DNA of 64,000 nt from contig CM114271.1 of assembly GCA_050084515.1 (NCBI GenBank), positions 31,186,001-31,250,000 on the forward strand, in the 5' to 3' direction. How positions within the stretch are numbered: the first letter of the stretch is position 1; every line of letters starts with the position of its first letter. Under the pieces are notes generated by a model. That model did not search any database and was not told the DNA's origin. It was given only the letters and a program-made list of their open reading frames with translations. The DNA is from Blasia pusilla. Lineage: Eukaryota. The position numbers and the translations under genes were made by a program. Positions 29,960-42,674 of the stretch are shown in pieces.

Positions 29960-32075
29960 TACTAACACCAATCTTAACAAGCAATCAGTGAAGACACACC
30001 ACCTTACATATTGTATTGGTTGCTTATCTATACGTAATCTCTATTGAAGATAAAACAATTGTAGATTGCTTCTTTGAAACCCAACTTATAACAACGCTTC
30101 TTAAGGTGAAGGAATAAATAGATGTAGAGTGTCTAGATCATAAAATTTCATGCCCAATCAACTTCTGTAAATCCCTATAATTGTAAACTCTGAGAAGATT
30201 CAAATTGAAGCCCAAACTAAATAGAGAATTTCACATACCACATAATCCTCCTCACAACATCAATAGGAGGTTTTCGAGGTGCTTGCATGAATTGGCTCAC
30301 TAGGCCAATTGCGTAGCTCAAGTCTGGCCTAATTATAGTTAGATAGATCAAACTTTCAACCATGGGTGTGCATATTTTAGAATCTGCAAGAAACCCTTCC
30401 TTATCCACTCTTAGCTTCACACTCTAATGTGATGGTGTAGAAATTGGCTTACAAGCCATCATACCATATTTTGAACGTAGATGCAATACATATTTTTGTT
30501 GTGATAATCACATGCTCTCTCCAACCCTAATAAGCTCAACACCAAGTAAGTACTTGAGTTCTCTAAAGTCCTTCATATCAAATTTTGTCTATAACCTTAG
30601 GTTGACTAGTTCTACCACATCCTCAGTACTCCTAATAATCAAGAGGTTGTCAACATAGAATATAATGATAATTGTATGGCCTTATCCTCTCAAGACATAC
30701 AGGGAGGAATCAAAATCATTTACCCTAAAGCCAAACTCTTGTATGACATATATAATCTTACCATATGCGAGCTCTTGGAGCTTGCTTGAGCTCGTATAAA
30801 ACTTTATTTAACCTACATATACTGAATGAAAACTCTAGATGCTCATATCCAGGCGATTGAGCCATATATATCTCCTAATATAGATCTCTATCTAAGAAGA
30901 CATTATTGATGTTCATGTGATCTAATTTCCACTTCTTACTTATTGCAACTGCAAGCACTATTCTCATAATGGCCATCTTTGCAATAGGGCTAAATATCTC
31001 CTCATAATTGATACGATATTGTTGTGCATAGTCTTTGACTACTAATTTGGCTTTGTAGTTGTTCAATATACCATGATCTTGATTGCATTTGACTTTGTAA
31101 GCCCATTTGCAACTAATAGCTACTTGACCGAAAGGTATATCAACCAACTCCCAAGTTTTTTGATGTTTTAATGTAGCAAGCTTTCTTCCATAATGTCAAT
31201 CCATTCAACCTTACATGCAACTTCTTCAAAACAACTCGGTTTTTATTCTTGAAGGACAATCATCATATATGGATGGTATGTTGCAATAAATCTTTCATTT
31301 ACGAATCTATGAATAGTATGTGTGAGGCTACTTGATATACGAAATTGTTGTTCGGAGGTGGATGCCTCTAACATCTGACTTGAGCTCTGACTAGTGTGAA
31401 GAGACTTAATACATACTATTCTTGACTATGGATTGATAGATTTAATTGAAAAAATTAGGACCTCTCCTAACCTTGCACTGGTATTCAGGGAATTAGTAGG
31501 CAATATCTGTTGGTTTATAATCATATTCTCCCCCTCAACAGACAAGTTTAAAGGTGGAATAGGCTCAGACAGAGCATACCATGACTTCACCTCATAAAAA
31601 ATAACATTGTGACCAATAATAAGTTGCATAAAGGATAGAATGTAGCACTTATATCCCCTAGTTACATTAGCGTAGCCAATGAAGCACTTATTTGGGATCT
31701 AATTTATGATGTCTTTCATAAGGAATATGAATATAAAAAATATAGCTAAAGACTTTTATGAATGAAAAATCTGGTTAACTTCTTCTAAAGACTTTGAATG
31801 AAGTCTTATCATGAACTCCTATGGTTGGAGTTTGGTTGATTAAAAAGACATCGCATGCTATAGCCTCTGCCCAATACACCTTAGTCATCTTCTTCTCATT
31901 TATTGTAGCACGTGTTTCCTTAGTCCTATATTACTTCTTTCACTTAGCCACTCTATTTTCTTGTGGAGTATAATTGCGAGTGACTTGTGGTTGGATGTCT
32001 TTTGACGTAAGTAGTGATCAAACTCTATTGAAAGGTACTATCCTCCTCCATCACAATGTAATTTGAGAATGTGTT
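29960..32075 (-). mobile_element. Ty1/copia pol fragment (integrase, RT, start of RNase H), decayed
   Basis: AISCKWAYKVK, YKAKLVVKDYAQQYRINYEEIFSPIAK, LIYLTIIRPDLSYAIGLVSQFM; integrase remnants CDGGG and YTPQEN near 31950-32060. Confidence 0.9.
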
Positions 32076-32077
32076 GT

Positions 32078-32644
32078 CTAGTCAGCTTGTCTACCTCCCA
32101 AAAAGAAAGTGAATTTTTCTTGCTCTTGGGTTCGCTTGCAATACGTAGGTGGTACATTGCTATAAGGAGCATGGAAAGATATGCCAAAAAGATGATAGAG
32201 TCCTCCTGACCAAGCTTGTTTACAAGTTGGACACTTGTGAAATAATAACATGGCTTTTTGAAGACAATATGGATGCCAATAACAAGCTTTACATGTGCCT
32301 CTCACGTAGCAACCTTTTGCGGCAATGGGGTTGAAGCATATCATGCATTTGGGCCAATTTTTTGGCATGGCCCCTCCTTTAGCTATAGCGATTGCTTTTA
32401 TCCAATCAAGCAAATCTTGCTCTTGTCTACTCAGATTCAGAGGTGTTAGGGCCAACATCAAAGAAGCATAGTTAGCAACGTTTGAATCCACAACATTGTC
32501 CCATGTTGTGCATAGAGGAGGAGGCCACAACAATTCGATAGGTTGAAATGAGATCATATCAACTTCCTTCACGAGACGACCCTCAATTAGAGTTGTCTCG
32601 GTGGTAAGTTGTCCCTCGTTACCCCTTGCACTCCATTGCAACAT
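32078..32644 (-). CDS. ORF with RING-like C4HC3 zinc finger, probably a TE accessory ORF remnant
   Basis: CMIC...CKACYWHPYC...CPTC; no clear start or splice structure; sits between TE fragments. Confidence 0.4.
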   Translation of the reverse strand: MLQWSARGNEGQLTTETTLIEGRLVKEVDMISFQPIELLWPPPLCTTWDNVVDSNVANYASLMLALTPLNLSRQEQDLLDWIKAIAIAKGGAMPKNWPKCMICFNPIAAKGCYVRGTCKACYWHPYCLQKAMLLFHKCPTCKQAWSGGLYHLFGISFHAPYSNVPPTYCKRTQEQEKFTFFLGGRQAD

Positions 32645-33439
32645 TTCATCAATTTCTTGCTATCTTCTTGCCATGATGGATGCATATGCCCTCCTCCACT
32701 GCTCTGTGTGGTCAGCTATTACAACTCTTTGTCTTCTATGGAGGTTATCTGTGGCAACTCATTCATTCACAATCTTGTCAATCTCTCTCTTCAGTCTGTT
32801 ATGCTCCCTAGACAACTCTTGGTGTTTCCCCTTCAAAATGTTGAATTTCGCTTCCAAATCAAAAGTGCATAGGGAATTTTTTATTAAACTCTCCAACTAT
32901 GATAGACAAGATGTAACCTTGCTATTATCCGGAGCACTCTCCCCACGAAAGATTCTAGGAACAGCGCTGCTATGTATAGGGCGATCAGAACTATCTCCGG
33001 GCTGATCAAAGCTCATATTACGACCTACATTGAGGTTATTTAAAACATCTTGTCTATCCTCAAAATCCTCCACCCCCATCTGGACTCACCCTTCATATTC
33101 ACTCTCATCATGTATCTCTTGTTCGGTCTTCCGATTTGTTTTGTGTCCATCCAAGGAAGATAGTATGCCTCTAAGGATTCTTGACAATCCACCGTGCCTA
33201 TATTGGCCTGATGACGCTCTTGGTAATGAAGCTCCCACTCTTGGTTGTTTTGACTATGGTGGTGGGGTTATACTATCTTCAACTATGGGTCTCTTATCTC
33301 TTCTTGAAAACCTATTTTCCTCATCGCCATAATGAACCTCCATGTCCTTCATCAACTCCACAACTTTGAGCTGGAAAATATCTTGCTCACTCACTTACTC
33401 TTCTTTGCGGGGAGGTCCTCATAATTTGGAAGCGGTACC

Positions 33440-36400
33440 TATGGTGCGCATACACATTGCTACACAACATACATCGCTGTCGACAAACATACACACACAC
33501 ACACACACGCGTGATCCCATGCTAACTCATGGCATCCAAACAATGAGACAAGAAGTACCAAAATATCTCTATTAAATCAACATCCAATCTCTCTCAACAG
33601 CATAGCTCTCAAATGTGTGCATTCTCACATGTCTCTCTCAATGTCAAACCAAACCCACTCTTCTAATGAGAGGCTTGGGTTACACACACAAGGCAAGCAA
33701 GACCATAGCTCCGCCGCCTCATGCCAAGAGGTTCAACAAAGAGAGAATGATCTCCCAAGCTCTCTGTCCTTAAGGTATACTCCCTTCCCTCTCCCAACCT
33801 CTCTCTCCTCGGTAACCTATGTTTGTAGGTCACCTCCTTGGCTCTTGACCTGTTGTAGCGGGTCAAGGGCCACTTCCAAAAGGGGAAAGTAAACTCTACC
33901 AAATATAGAAACTTACCCAAAATAGCAAGTTTCTTTATATGGCTCCAATGAGCCAAAACGAAGGGGAAACTTGCTCTCTCAAGTTTCCCGAGACCTCAGT
34001 AGGTCATCCTCGACCTCTTGAGCCTGTCCTCCTCTACTTGTGAAGGCGCTCTACCAGATCTCTCCGATCTATCCTAAAATATCTGGACAACTATCGTGAG
34101 CATATACATCGCTACATAACATACATCGCCGTCGACAAACATACACACACACATGCACGATCCCATGCTAACTCATGGCATCCAAAAAATCAGACAAGAA
34201 GTACCAAAATATCTCCAATCCCTCCCCTAACTGGTGGTTACGTCCCTCTAACTCCTGATAGCCATCTATCCCTATCTACTATGACACACATCTCTCGGAC
34301 GCTAAGAGCAAAAAAGCTGGGTGCTCGTGTGGCCCCATCGTTAGTCGCCTTCTTGTCAGCCATGTCACAGACACAAGTCGGAATGTAGAACTACCGACTC
34401 TATGTACATCTGGGATACATCCATCGTCCCTTTGGAACCCTAGTGAGAGGTGGCGTCAGACATGCCATATGCCATCGTCTTGAACATCCATCACAGACTA
34501 GCATAGTGGCTGCACCACGGGCATAACCACACAACATACACCGCAAGGCTGTAGGAACTACTTCTAAGCTCAGATCAATTGTACCTTCAATGTTTGGAAG
34601 ATGACATAGCGCACAATTACGCACATGGTCCTTTCAAACCATACCATCGTGTACCTCCAAAAAGAGAATACTAGATGGAAAAATCTCACGCACTCTCAAG
34701 ATGGTGCACCGTGCAGTCACAACCAACGTCGTAGGTGCCGTGTGCTGCAAGTAGACATAGTCTCCCTAATGAAACCTCCGGATAGTAGGTCGATAACCAA
34801 CTCCTCGAATAGTCTTATACCTCAATGTATCTCGATGCTACGCAATCGCCAAGTTCTCAAATGCCATGGGCATCACTCTCCAAAACAACTTAGCCCTCTT
34901 AGAATATGCTCGTATCCATACATCAGGGTCATCAAGGTTCAACACCTCACCAACATCTTGACGAATGGCTGTAGGTAAATTTGGCTCTCGGCCATACAAA
35001 AGCAACTACAGTGAGAAAGACCCTAAGGATGCATGCTTGCTAAATCTGTATCCCATCGCCAACCAGGGCAACTGGAGGTCCCAATATCCTAGGTGACCTC
35101 TCTCTAAGCCATACTTGCGTAATCCTCTCTTCACCGTCTGCACAACCCGCTCCGCTAGTCCATCTGCCTCAAGATGATCTCGCAAAGTAGTGCAATGGTT
35201 GATCAGCGTCTGATCATACAAGGCCTGAAACTCCCCGCAAAACTCTGTGCCTTGGTCTATCAACACCTAAGTTAATGTGCCATAATGACTCAATACTTGA
35301 TCAAGGAAGGCCTACGCTGTCGTGTCGAGAGTCTTTCTTCGAGTAAGGGCAGGCCTTCTAGCTGCGTCACACGTGATCCATGCAAGGTGAACTCTCTAAG
35401 AAGTTCTCTTTTTTCAATATAAAATTATTATGTATACTCTCCATTCTCTCACGACAGGTATCACAGATGGAAGTGCCGAGGTAATCACTTCTTCGTAGCA
35501 TTGGACCCCAAAATTCCTAACTTTAAAATCCCTATAAACTACTTTACGCTTGTACACAAGAAAGATAGCCTAACTAGTGTTAAACCCTACTTGAGAAGAC
35601 CTATTAGCGTCCATGGATAACTATATAAGGACATACAAAGTACAATCCCATGTCCTTCCATATGTGACAATAGGAAGAATCACCGGAGTTGGAGATTGCA
35701 TGACCTGGTTCATGAATGCCTCCCCAAAGTGATAAACTAAATAGCGAGTGAACCAATGCCTATCTACAAAGAATACCTTGACATGGTATGGATTGAGGAA
35801 AGAAAAGTAGGGCACAACTCGTGCTCCATCCCTATCCATGCTTGATAGACATTCTCTACTCTCCTCAAGAATGAGTTTTGAAGGAATTTTTCTCCCAAGA
35901 GGGGTAATCCACTCTCATTGGGAAAGTAACAAGCCAAAACATTCACTATTTTAGTATGACTAAACTCCTCTAAGGTGACAAGCCTCTCATCTCCACACAC
36001 ACATCATACTCTAGAAACCTCTTGAAGAATAGAGCATGGTCAAGTTACTCTCAGAAGAGGGATGATCCACTCTTATTGGAAGAGCAAGAAATCCCCAAGC
36101 CATACATTCAAGAGTGACATGAGAGACTCAAGATGTGGAATAGAAGGTGATGAACTCGTAGAGGTCCCTCCTCTTTATATACTCACAAGGGTTCCACAAG
36201 AGTACGAAATAGAGCTAATCTTATCTTGTGCCACATGGCTTCCTCTCAAGGCTTAGCCAATCACATTTTGATACAAGTAGATTTCCTCTTATCTTTTCCC
36301 AAATATCATCTTTTACCCACTTGATATTTTCCAAATTACCCCAACTAACATAGCCACCAACCAAGACTACTTTTGCTTTTCATTAAAGCACCAACCTCAC

Positions 36401-38598
36401 TAGTTTACTTTTATAAAGTTATCTTTTATTTATTATCTCTTTTCCTATAGTTGGGTCCGCATAAAAGAGGCACCATAAAGAGGTTTAAACATGGGAATTT
36501 CGTTTTCCTAAGCTAATTTACTTAATACTAATAAAACTCTATCTAACACTTAATGAGGAAGGAGTTTACACACTGGCTGATTTTACTATACTACAACGCT
36601 ACTCCCTCACGTGCTTTGTCAGGCAATGCAACCAACTTTATCCACTTTGAGAAGTGCTCGACCATCACCAACACATAACGACTAGGGCGCTCGGTCAAAG
36701 GCAAAGGTCCTCCAAAGTCCAAACTCCATCTATAACCTAAACCCATGATCGGAAGTCGATGCAACTATAGAGTCCGAGCATTGAACAATGCTCGAACTTG
36801 ATCACACACCATGTATCTAGCAACAAATTGTTGAACGTAAGTCTGTATGCCTCGCCACCAATACTGTATTTGGAGCAAGCTATATGTCCGCTTCACTCCA
36901 AAATGACCCAACTCCTTGTGGGCATGACGCACCAAATGAACTCTGTGGGAAGGATGAGGCACCATCCACACTCTACCATCCTCCCATACTGACGATGTTC
37001 AAACCTCCTTGGTGCACGGTGCGGGTTTGATGGTACGGTGCGGCACGGAACGGCTACAATGGCATAGCACTCGGAAATGGGGTACGGCACTCAACGACAT
37101 ATCCTCCTTAATCAACAAACATTATCGGCTCACGATGATGGTACGGCTTGGCGATCGAGACGGTGCGGTGCAGCCACAAACAACACGACGCAGCAATCGG
37201 CGGCGCGTTGCAGCATGGGCGTCACGGCACGGTACCCAATCATCGTCGAGCGGCTATCTCCTCATGGCATAGCCAAGCGGAAAAGAAACTACAACCCCAT
37301 CACTCCAAAAAGCAGGTTACATACCGTTACTGGCAAAGCACTGGCCGGAAATTGTGTGGTGACAACGGCAGATTTGTTGTAGATGATGTGGACGCACCGT
37401 TGAGTGTAGAATGGCCGTCAATTGACTAACGGAATCCGTCAACGATGTCAGACGGGCATGGATGGCCATCTAACAGATGGCAGCATGGGATCTGGACGTG
37501 GCAGGTACGTGGTCGGACCATGATTGAGCCGAAGGCAGTAGCTCAGACAGTTCGAATGCGGTTAGCGTTCAGCGTCGAGCACTGGCAAGTCGTGAGGCGG
37601 CAGCTTAACTGTCAGCAGTAGGTCATGACGGGGTCAGCTTCAGGAGCCGCGTGGCCGGGATGAAGTCTGGCTAGGCCGCTTATTGGCGGTTCTTCTTGCT
37701 GAACCAACAACGCAAACTACGATAGTAGCAAGAGATCTCGACGACGCAGATTAACCATGTTTTTCTTTGAATTTCAACACGGATAGTCGGGGAAGTCGCG
37801 AGTGGTACGTGCTAGGAACGCCGGCTTCACAACCAAAAATGGCCAAACGGCGAACCGCGTTGGCAGTTTGGTCGGCGGCTCAGCACGGAATGCGGGTCGC
37901 GGTAGGACTGGCTACAACGGGGAAGCGGTAGTAGCAGGGCGGCAGGACCCGGAAAGTAGGATAGTTACGGCAAGGAGTCGGCTATGGCTAGCCGTGACTG
38001 TGCGGCTGGCGATGCTCGGGTGGATACCTATGGTGGCAGAGCTAGTCGAAACGAAAAATGACAATAGGCAGGGTCGACGGCAGTCTAGGGATGGGAAAGT
38101 GCGGCTAAGGAAGGCTGCCAATCAAGATCCAATCTCTCTCAACACCATAACTCTCAAATGTGTGCACTCTCACATGTCTCTCTCAATGTCAAACCAAACC
38201 CACTCTCCTAATGAGAGGCTTGGGTTACACACACAAGGCAAGCAAGACCATAGCTCCGCCGCCTCATGCCAAGAGGTTCAACAAAGAGAGAATGGGCTCC
38301 CAAACTCTCTATCCTTGAGGTATACTCCCTTCCCTCTCCCAACCTCTCTCTCCTCGGTAACCTATGCGGATCAAGGGCCACTTCCAAAAGGGGAAAGTCA
38401 ACTCTACCAAATATGAAAGCTTACCCAAAATAGCAAGTTTCTCTATATGGCTCCAAATGAGCCGAAACGAAGGGGAAACCTGCTCTCTCAGGTTTCCAGG
38501 GATCTCAGTAGGTCATCCTTGACCTCTTGAGCCTATCCTCCTTTACTCGCAAAGGTGCTCTACCAGATCTCTCCGATCTATTCTAAAATATCGTGACA
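33440..38598 (-). mobile_element. Internally deleted member of the same split-repeat Ty3 group (copy B): leader plus INT-PHD only
   Basis: 4-bp TSD TACC (33436-33439, 38599-38602). Repeats: Y2 33440-33569, X2 ~33575-34089, spacer ac, Y1 34092-34215, PPT-like ttaggggagggattg (minus) 34216-34230, X1 ~38120-38598. PHD ORF 34400-34624; integrase pieces 34630-35317 and 36596-36990. 37000-37300 is homologous to the leader at 7680-7935. Confidence 0.9.
35318..36595 (-). mobile_element. Solo-LTR-like element, ~1.28 kb, copy 2, inserted in the integrase of copy B
   Basis: TG..CA termini; 4-bp TSD ACGC (35314-35317, 36596-36599); integrase sequence is continuous across the insertion. Confidence 0.9.
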
Positions 38599-38602
38599 TA
38601 CC

Positions 38603-41532
38603 AGACAAGTTGAGAGAAGTATTGGAGGAATATAAAGATGTATTCCCAAATGATTTACCATCAAGGTTACCACCCAAACTGAGGATAGACCATAAGATTG
38701 ACGTCCTTCCAAGAAGCACACCACCATGTAAGGCTCCTTATTGCTTAGCTCCAAGGGAATTAGAAGAATGCAAAGCCCAAGTGGAGGAGAAAGGCTTTAT
38801 CCAACCAAGCGTCTCGCCATATGGAGCCCCTGTTCTTTTCGTGAGAAAGAAGGATGGAAGCATGCGACTGTGTATCGAAAATTAAGCACTGAATCAACAA
38901 ACAATAAAAAATAAATATCCATTATCAAGAATGGATGATTTGTTTGCTTGCTACAAGGAGTAAAATACTTCACCAAACTTGACCTTAGAAGCGGCTACAA
39001 CCAAATTTGAATTGCGGATGAAGACTGCTCTTCGTACTAGGTATAGACATTTTGAATACTTAGTCATGCCATTTGGTCTTACTAATACACCTGTAACCTT
39101 TATGGGCCTAATGAATGATATCTTTCATCCATATTTAGAAAATTTTGTCATTGTATTCTTAGATGATATCTTAGTCTATAGTAAAACCATAGATGAGCAT
39201 ATAAATCATCTACGAGAAGTCCTTCAAATCATAAGAGATAATGAGTTGTATGCTAAAGCTTAAAAATGTGAGTTCGGTTAGACATAAGTTGATTATATAG
39301 GGCATCTTGTAAGCACATAAGGTATCAAGTAATGAATGAGAAGGTAGAAGCGATCCAAAAATAGAGTGCATCTGAGGATCAAACTCAATTGAAGATTTTT
39401 CTAAGATAAACATGATTCTATCGAAGATTTGTCAAAGGTTTTGCTCAAATTGTATAATCCTTGGCGGCTTTACTAGGGAAAGGACAAAAGTGGAATTGGG
39501 GCACATCACAAGAGATTTCTTTTCAATCATTAAAGGATGTCTTAATCAAAGTCCCTATTTTGAAGTGGTATGATCCTAATCGACCCATCAATTTTTCCAT
39601 AGATGCTTCAGGTACTAGCATTGGAGGAGTACTACAAGAAGAATGAGAAGATGGATGGCATCATATTGCCTTTGTTTCTTGCAAGCTATTGCCAATGGAG
39701 CAAAAATACCATACAACTAAATGAGAAGAACTTGATAGTGTGTTGATAACCAAGCATTGGAAACATTACTTGGGCGATAAGGAGTCTGTGATGGAGATTG
39801 ATCACAAGCCCTTGGTCTACTTAGAGTCCCAAAAGGAGCTCTCCAAACGCCAAATTCAATGCACAGAATGGCGATAATAATTCACCATGAAAATTTTCTA
39901 TGTGGAAGGAAAGAAGCAGTTGGCGGACGCCCTAACTTGTATACCACAGATGAATAACATGTCTGAAATGGAGATTCACTCTGGTTGGTGGAAACAGTTA
40001 TCCATAGCCAGAAAGGAGGATGAAGAAATTTTAATTGCTATTCAAGCCAACAAAGTACACAAGGCTCAAGGATTTACTTTCCATAAAGCTAAAGTATCGA
40101 TCCCACAAGATCCACATTTACGCACTCACGTATTGTCTAAAGCTCACGACATAGTCATTGTCGGTCATATGGGAGTTGAAAAAACCTTAGAGGGATTACA
40201 ATGGGAATACTATTGGCCCAAAATGAGAGAATATGTTGACATATATGTAAGGAGTTGTAGGATTTGTTAACAAATCAAGGCTAGTAACACAAAACTAGCA
40301 AGATTGTTACAGCCCATCCCAACACCTAAAAAATGTTGGGAACAAGTCACTATGTATCTGGTTTATGAGCTACCATGTACGATCACAGGATATGACTCTA
40401 TTGTAGTCTTTGTGGATAGACTAAGCAAGATGATACACCTTCATTCGATCAAGAAGAGTGTGATTGCATCAGAGTTGGCTAGGATCTACCTCAAGACAGT
40501 CTTTTTCCATCATGGTCTTCCTGAAGTGCTTATCATTGATACGGGAACCCAATTTATCATTAATAGGGGTTGAAAAAACCTTAGAGGGATTACAATGGGG
40601 ATACTATTGGCCCAAAATGAGAGAATATGTTGACCCATTTCACGAGTTTATTTTGGAAGGCTTTATTCGGATTGCTCCAAACTAAACTAGCCATATCTAC
40701 GGCTTATCATCCTCAAATTGATGGACAAACTGAAAGGGCCAACCCTACCATTGAGGATATGCTACGTGCCTTAACATTGGAGGATCAACAAGGATGAGTT
40801 TCATTATTACCCTTAGTAGAGTTCTCATACAATAACTCCATGAACTCTTCCACTAAGGCCATATTGCTCTTTTTAATGCATGGCGAGCATCCCTTAATTC
40901 CTTCTAGTCTCACTCGAATAGGGAAAAGTATGAGGGAACCTACAAAGATAGTTGCAATTAATGAGTTTTTGGACCAGATTCAGAAAGGGGTTCAACTTGC
41001 TAAGGAAAAGTTGTCTTTTGCCCAAAATCGACGAAAAAAAATGGAGATGCTCATCGTTGAGATATTGAGTTTTTTGAAGGGGACAAGTTTTGGTTAGCAA
41101 CAACCAATTTATCATTAAGAGGATTTTGTAAGCTTAATCGTTGCTATATTGGGCTTTTTACTATCCTACAAAAAATGGGCGTCGTGGCGTATAAGCTAGA
41201 TCTACGGATGCATATGAAAATCCATCATGTATTTCCTATCTCTCTTCTTTGACCGTTTATTCCACGCTATAAGAGATTTGAGGATAATATTGTCACTCCA
41301 CCACTACCTGAAATATTCGGAGATCATGAAGAATTTGAAGTGGAATGTATCTTGAAGAAACACACTCAAGGAGCTCATCACCAACGAGTTGAATACTTGG
41401 TCCAATGGAAAGGATATCCACTATTTGAGGTACATGGAAATCCTCAGCGAAACTTGGCCAACACACCATTAATAATGCAAGAGTTTGAAAGTTCTCACAA
41501 CGAGGACTTTGTATCTTAAATGGGGGGAGGCT
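38603..41532 (+). mobile_element. Ty3/gypsy chromovirus pol (RT-RH-INT-chromodomain), decayed
   Basis: [63 protein letters not shown]; chromodomain EEFEVECIL...EYLVQWKGY at ~41328-41430; PPT ggggggagg before the LTR. Confidence 0.93.
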
Positions 41533-41904
41533 TGTAACCATCCTTTGTTAGTCATAGTTAGGTTAGAATCTATGACATGAAGCGCATAAGTGGGAAAGAA
41601 TCAACCAAAAAGAGAAAAGAGAAGATAAATGAGATAAAGATGAGAGTGGGCCCATAAGTTGGTAAAAAGTAAGGATAAGGTTGAAATGAAGACGAGAGTG
41701 GGGCCATAGGTTGATGAAAAGGAAGATAAGGATGAGGTTGGGAGATTAGAGTCCAAAAGAGATCCTCTCATGCTATGAGAGTAGGACACGTGGCATAAGG
41801 ATAGGTAGAGCTAATTTGTCTTCATTGTACCTATCTCTAAGTATATAAAGGAAGAGGAGAGGCCTCGAGGGGCATTCTTCTTTGAGCAACCCTAGAGTGG
41901 TTCC

Positions 41905-41987
<83 letters not shown>

Positions 41988-42674
41988 GAGAGGGTAGAGA
42001 TGCAGAATTTTAGGGATGGGGCTGGAAGTTATAAGGAACTCAACAAAGCAACTAGCAACGTCGACGATTGGACTCTTGGAAGCTGCGCGATTAGGCAAGC
42101 ACCAATGCGATGGTTCTTCAAGCTAGCTCTTGAGATTAGGGAGTGACTAAATTGAGTTGAAATCAAATTGAAATCAAATGAATTGACGTTAAGGATACAA
42201 TTTGAAAGGTGTCTATTTCTTGATCAAATCAATCCGCAGGCGCAGACTTGCGACCGTCCTCCCAAGATGGAGTGTTTAACGTGGGGGGCTACCCTTGTCT
42301 CCTAATAAAAAACACAACACAATGACATGAAATGTCCGACTTAGTGTAGCCAATTGAGGCGTTCGATCGGACTTCATAGATAGATGCGCAACATAGAGGT
42401 TGGTTGTAGCATCCAAGATCAATAGGGCTGTATCAAGCTCAACCCATCATTGCAGACATCATTGATTCAATTGAAAATGAATTAATAAACTGGTTTTTGG
42501 CCTATTCGAACACCCAAAGAGATGCATACAAAGATCCCACATAGACACACAAAATGAGAGAGAAAAACTACCAAAATGTGATGCTAAAAGCTCAAGTTTT
42601 TCCTATCATAGCTCAGGTCCAATATCTAGAAATGATGACAGAGGATGTGGTAAGGAGTTGTGTAGCATGTTACA
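41533..42674 (+). repeat. 3' LTR of the chromovirus
   Basis: Begins TGTAAC right after the PPT and ends GTTACA; TATA-like tatataaa at ~41843; contains (GA)n. No 5' LTR recognised in the window. Confidence 0.75.
41908..41984. repeat. (AG)n microsatellite in the chromovirus LTR
   Basis: Read directly. Confidence 0.95.

Noticed and set aside
38100-38120. TGGCAGCC after X1 of copy B as a tRNA PBS
   Set aside because: It is short, cannot be matched to a tRNA by eye, is absent from copy A, and lies in an internally rearranged copy.
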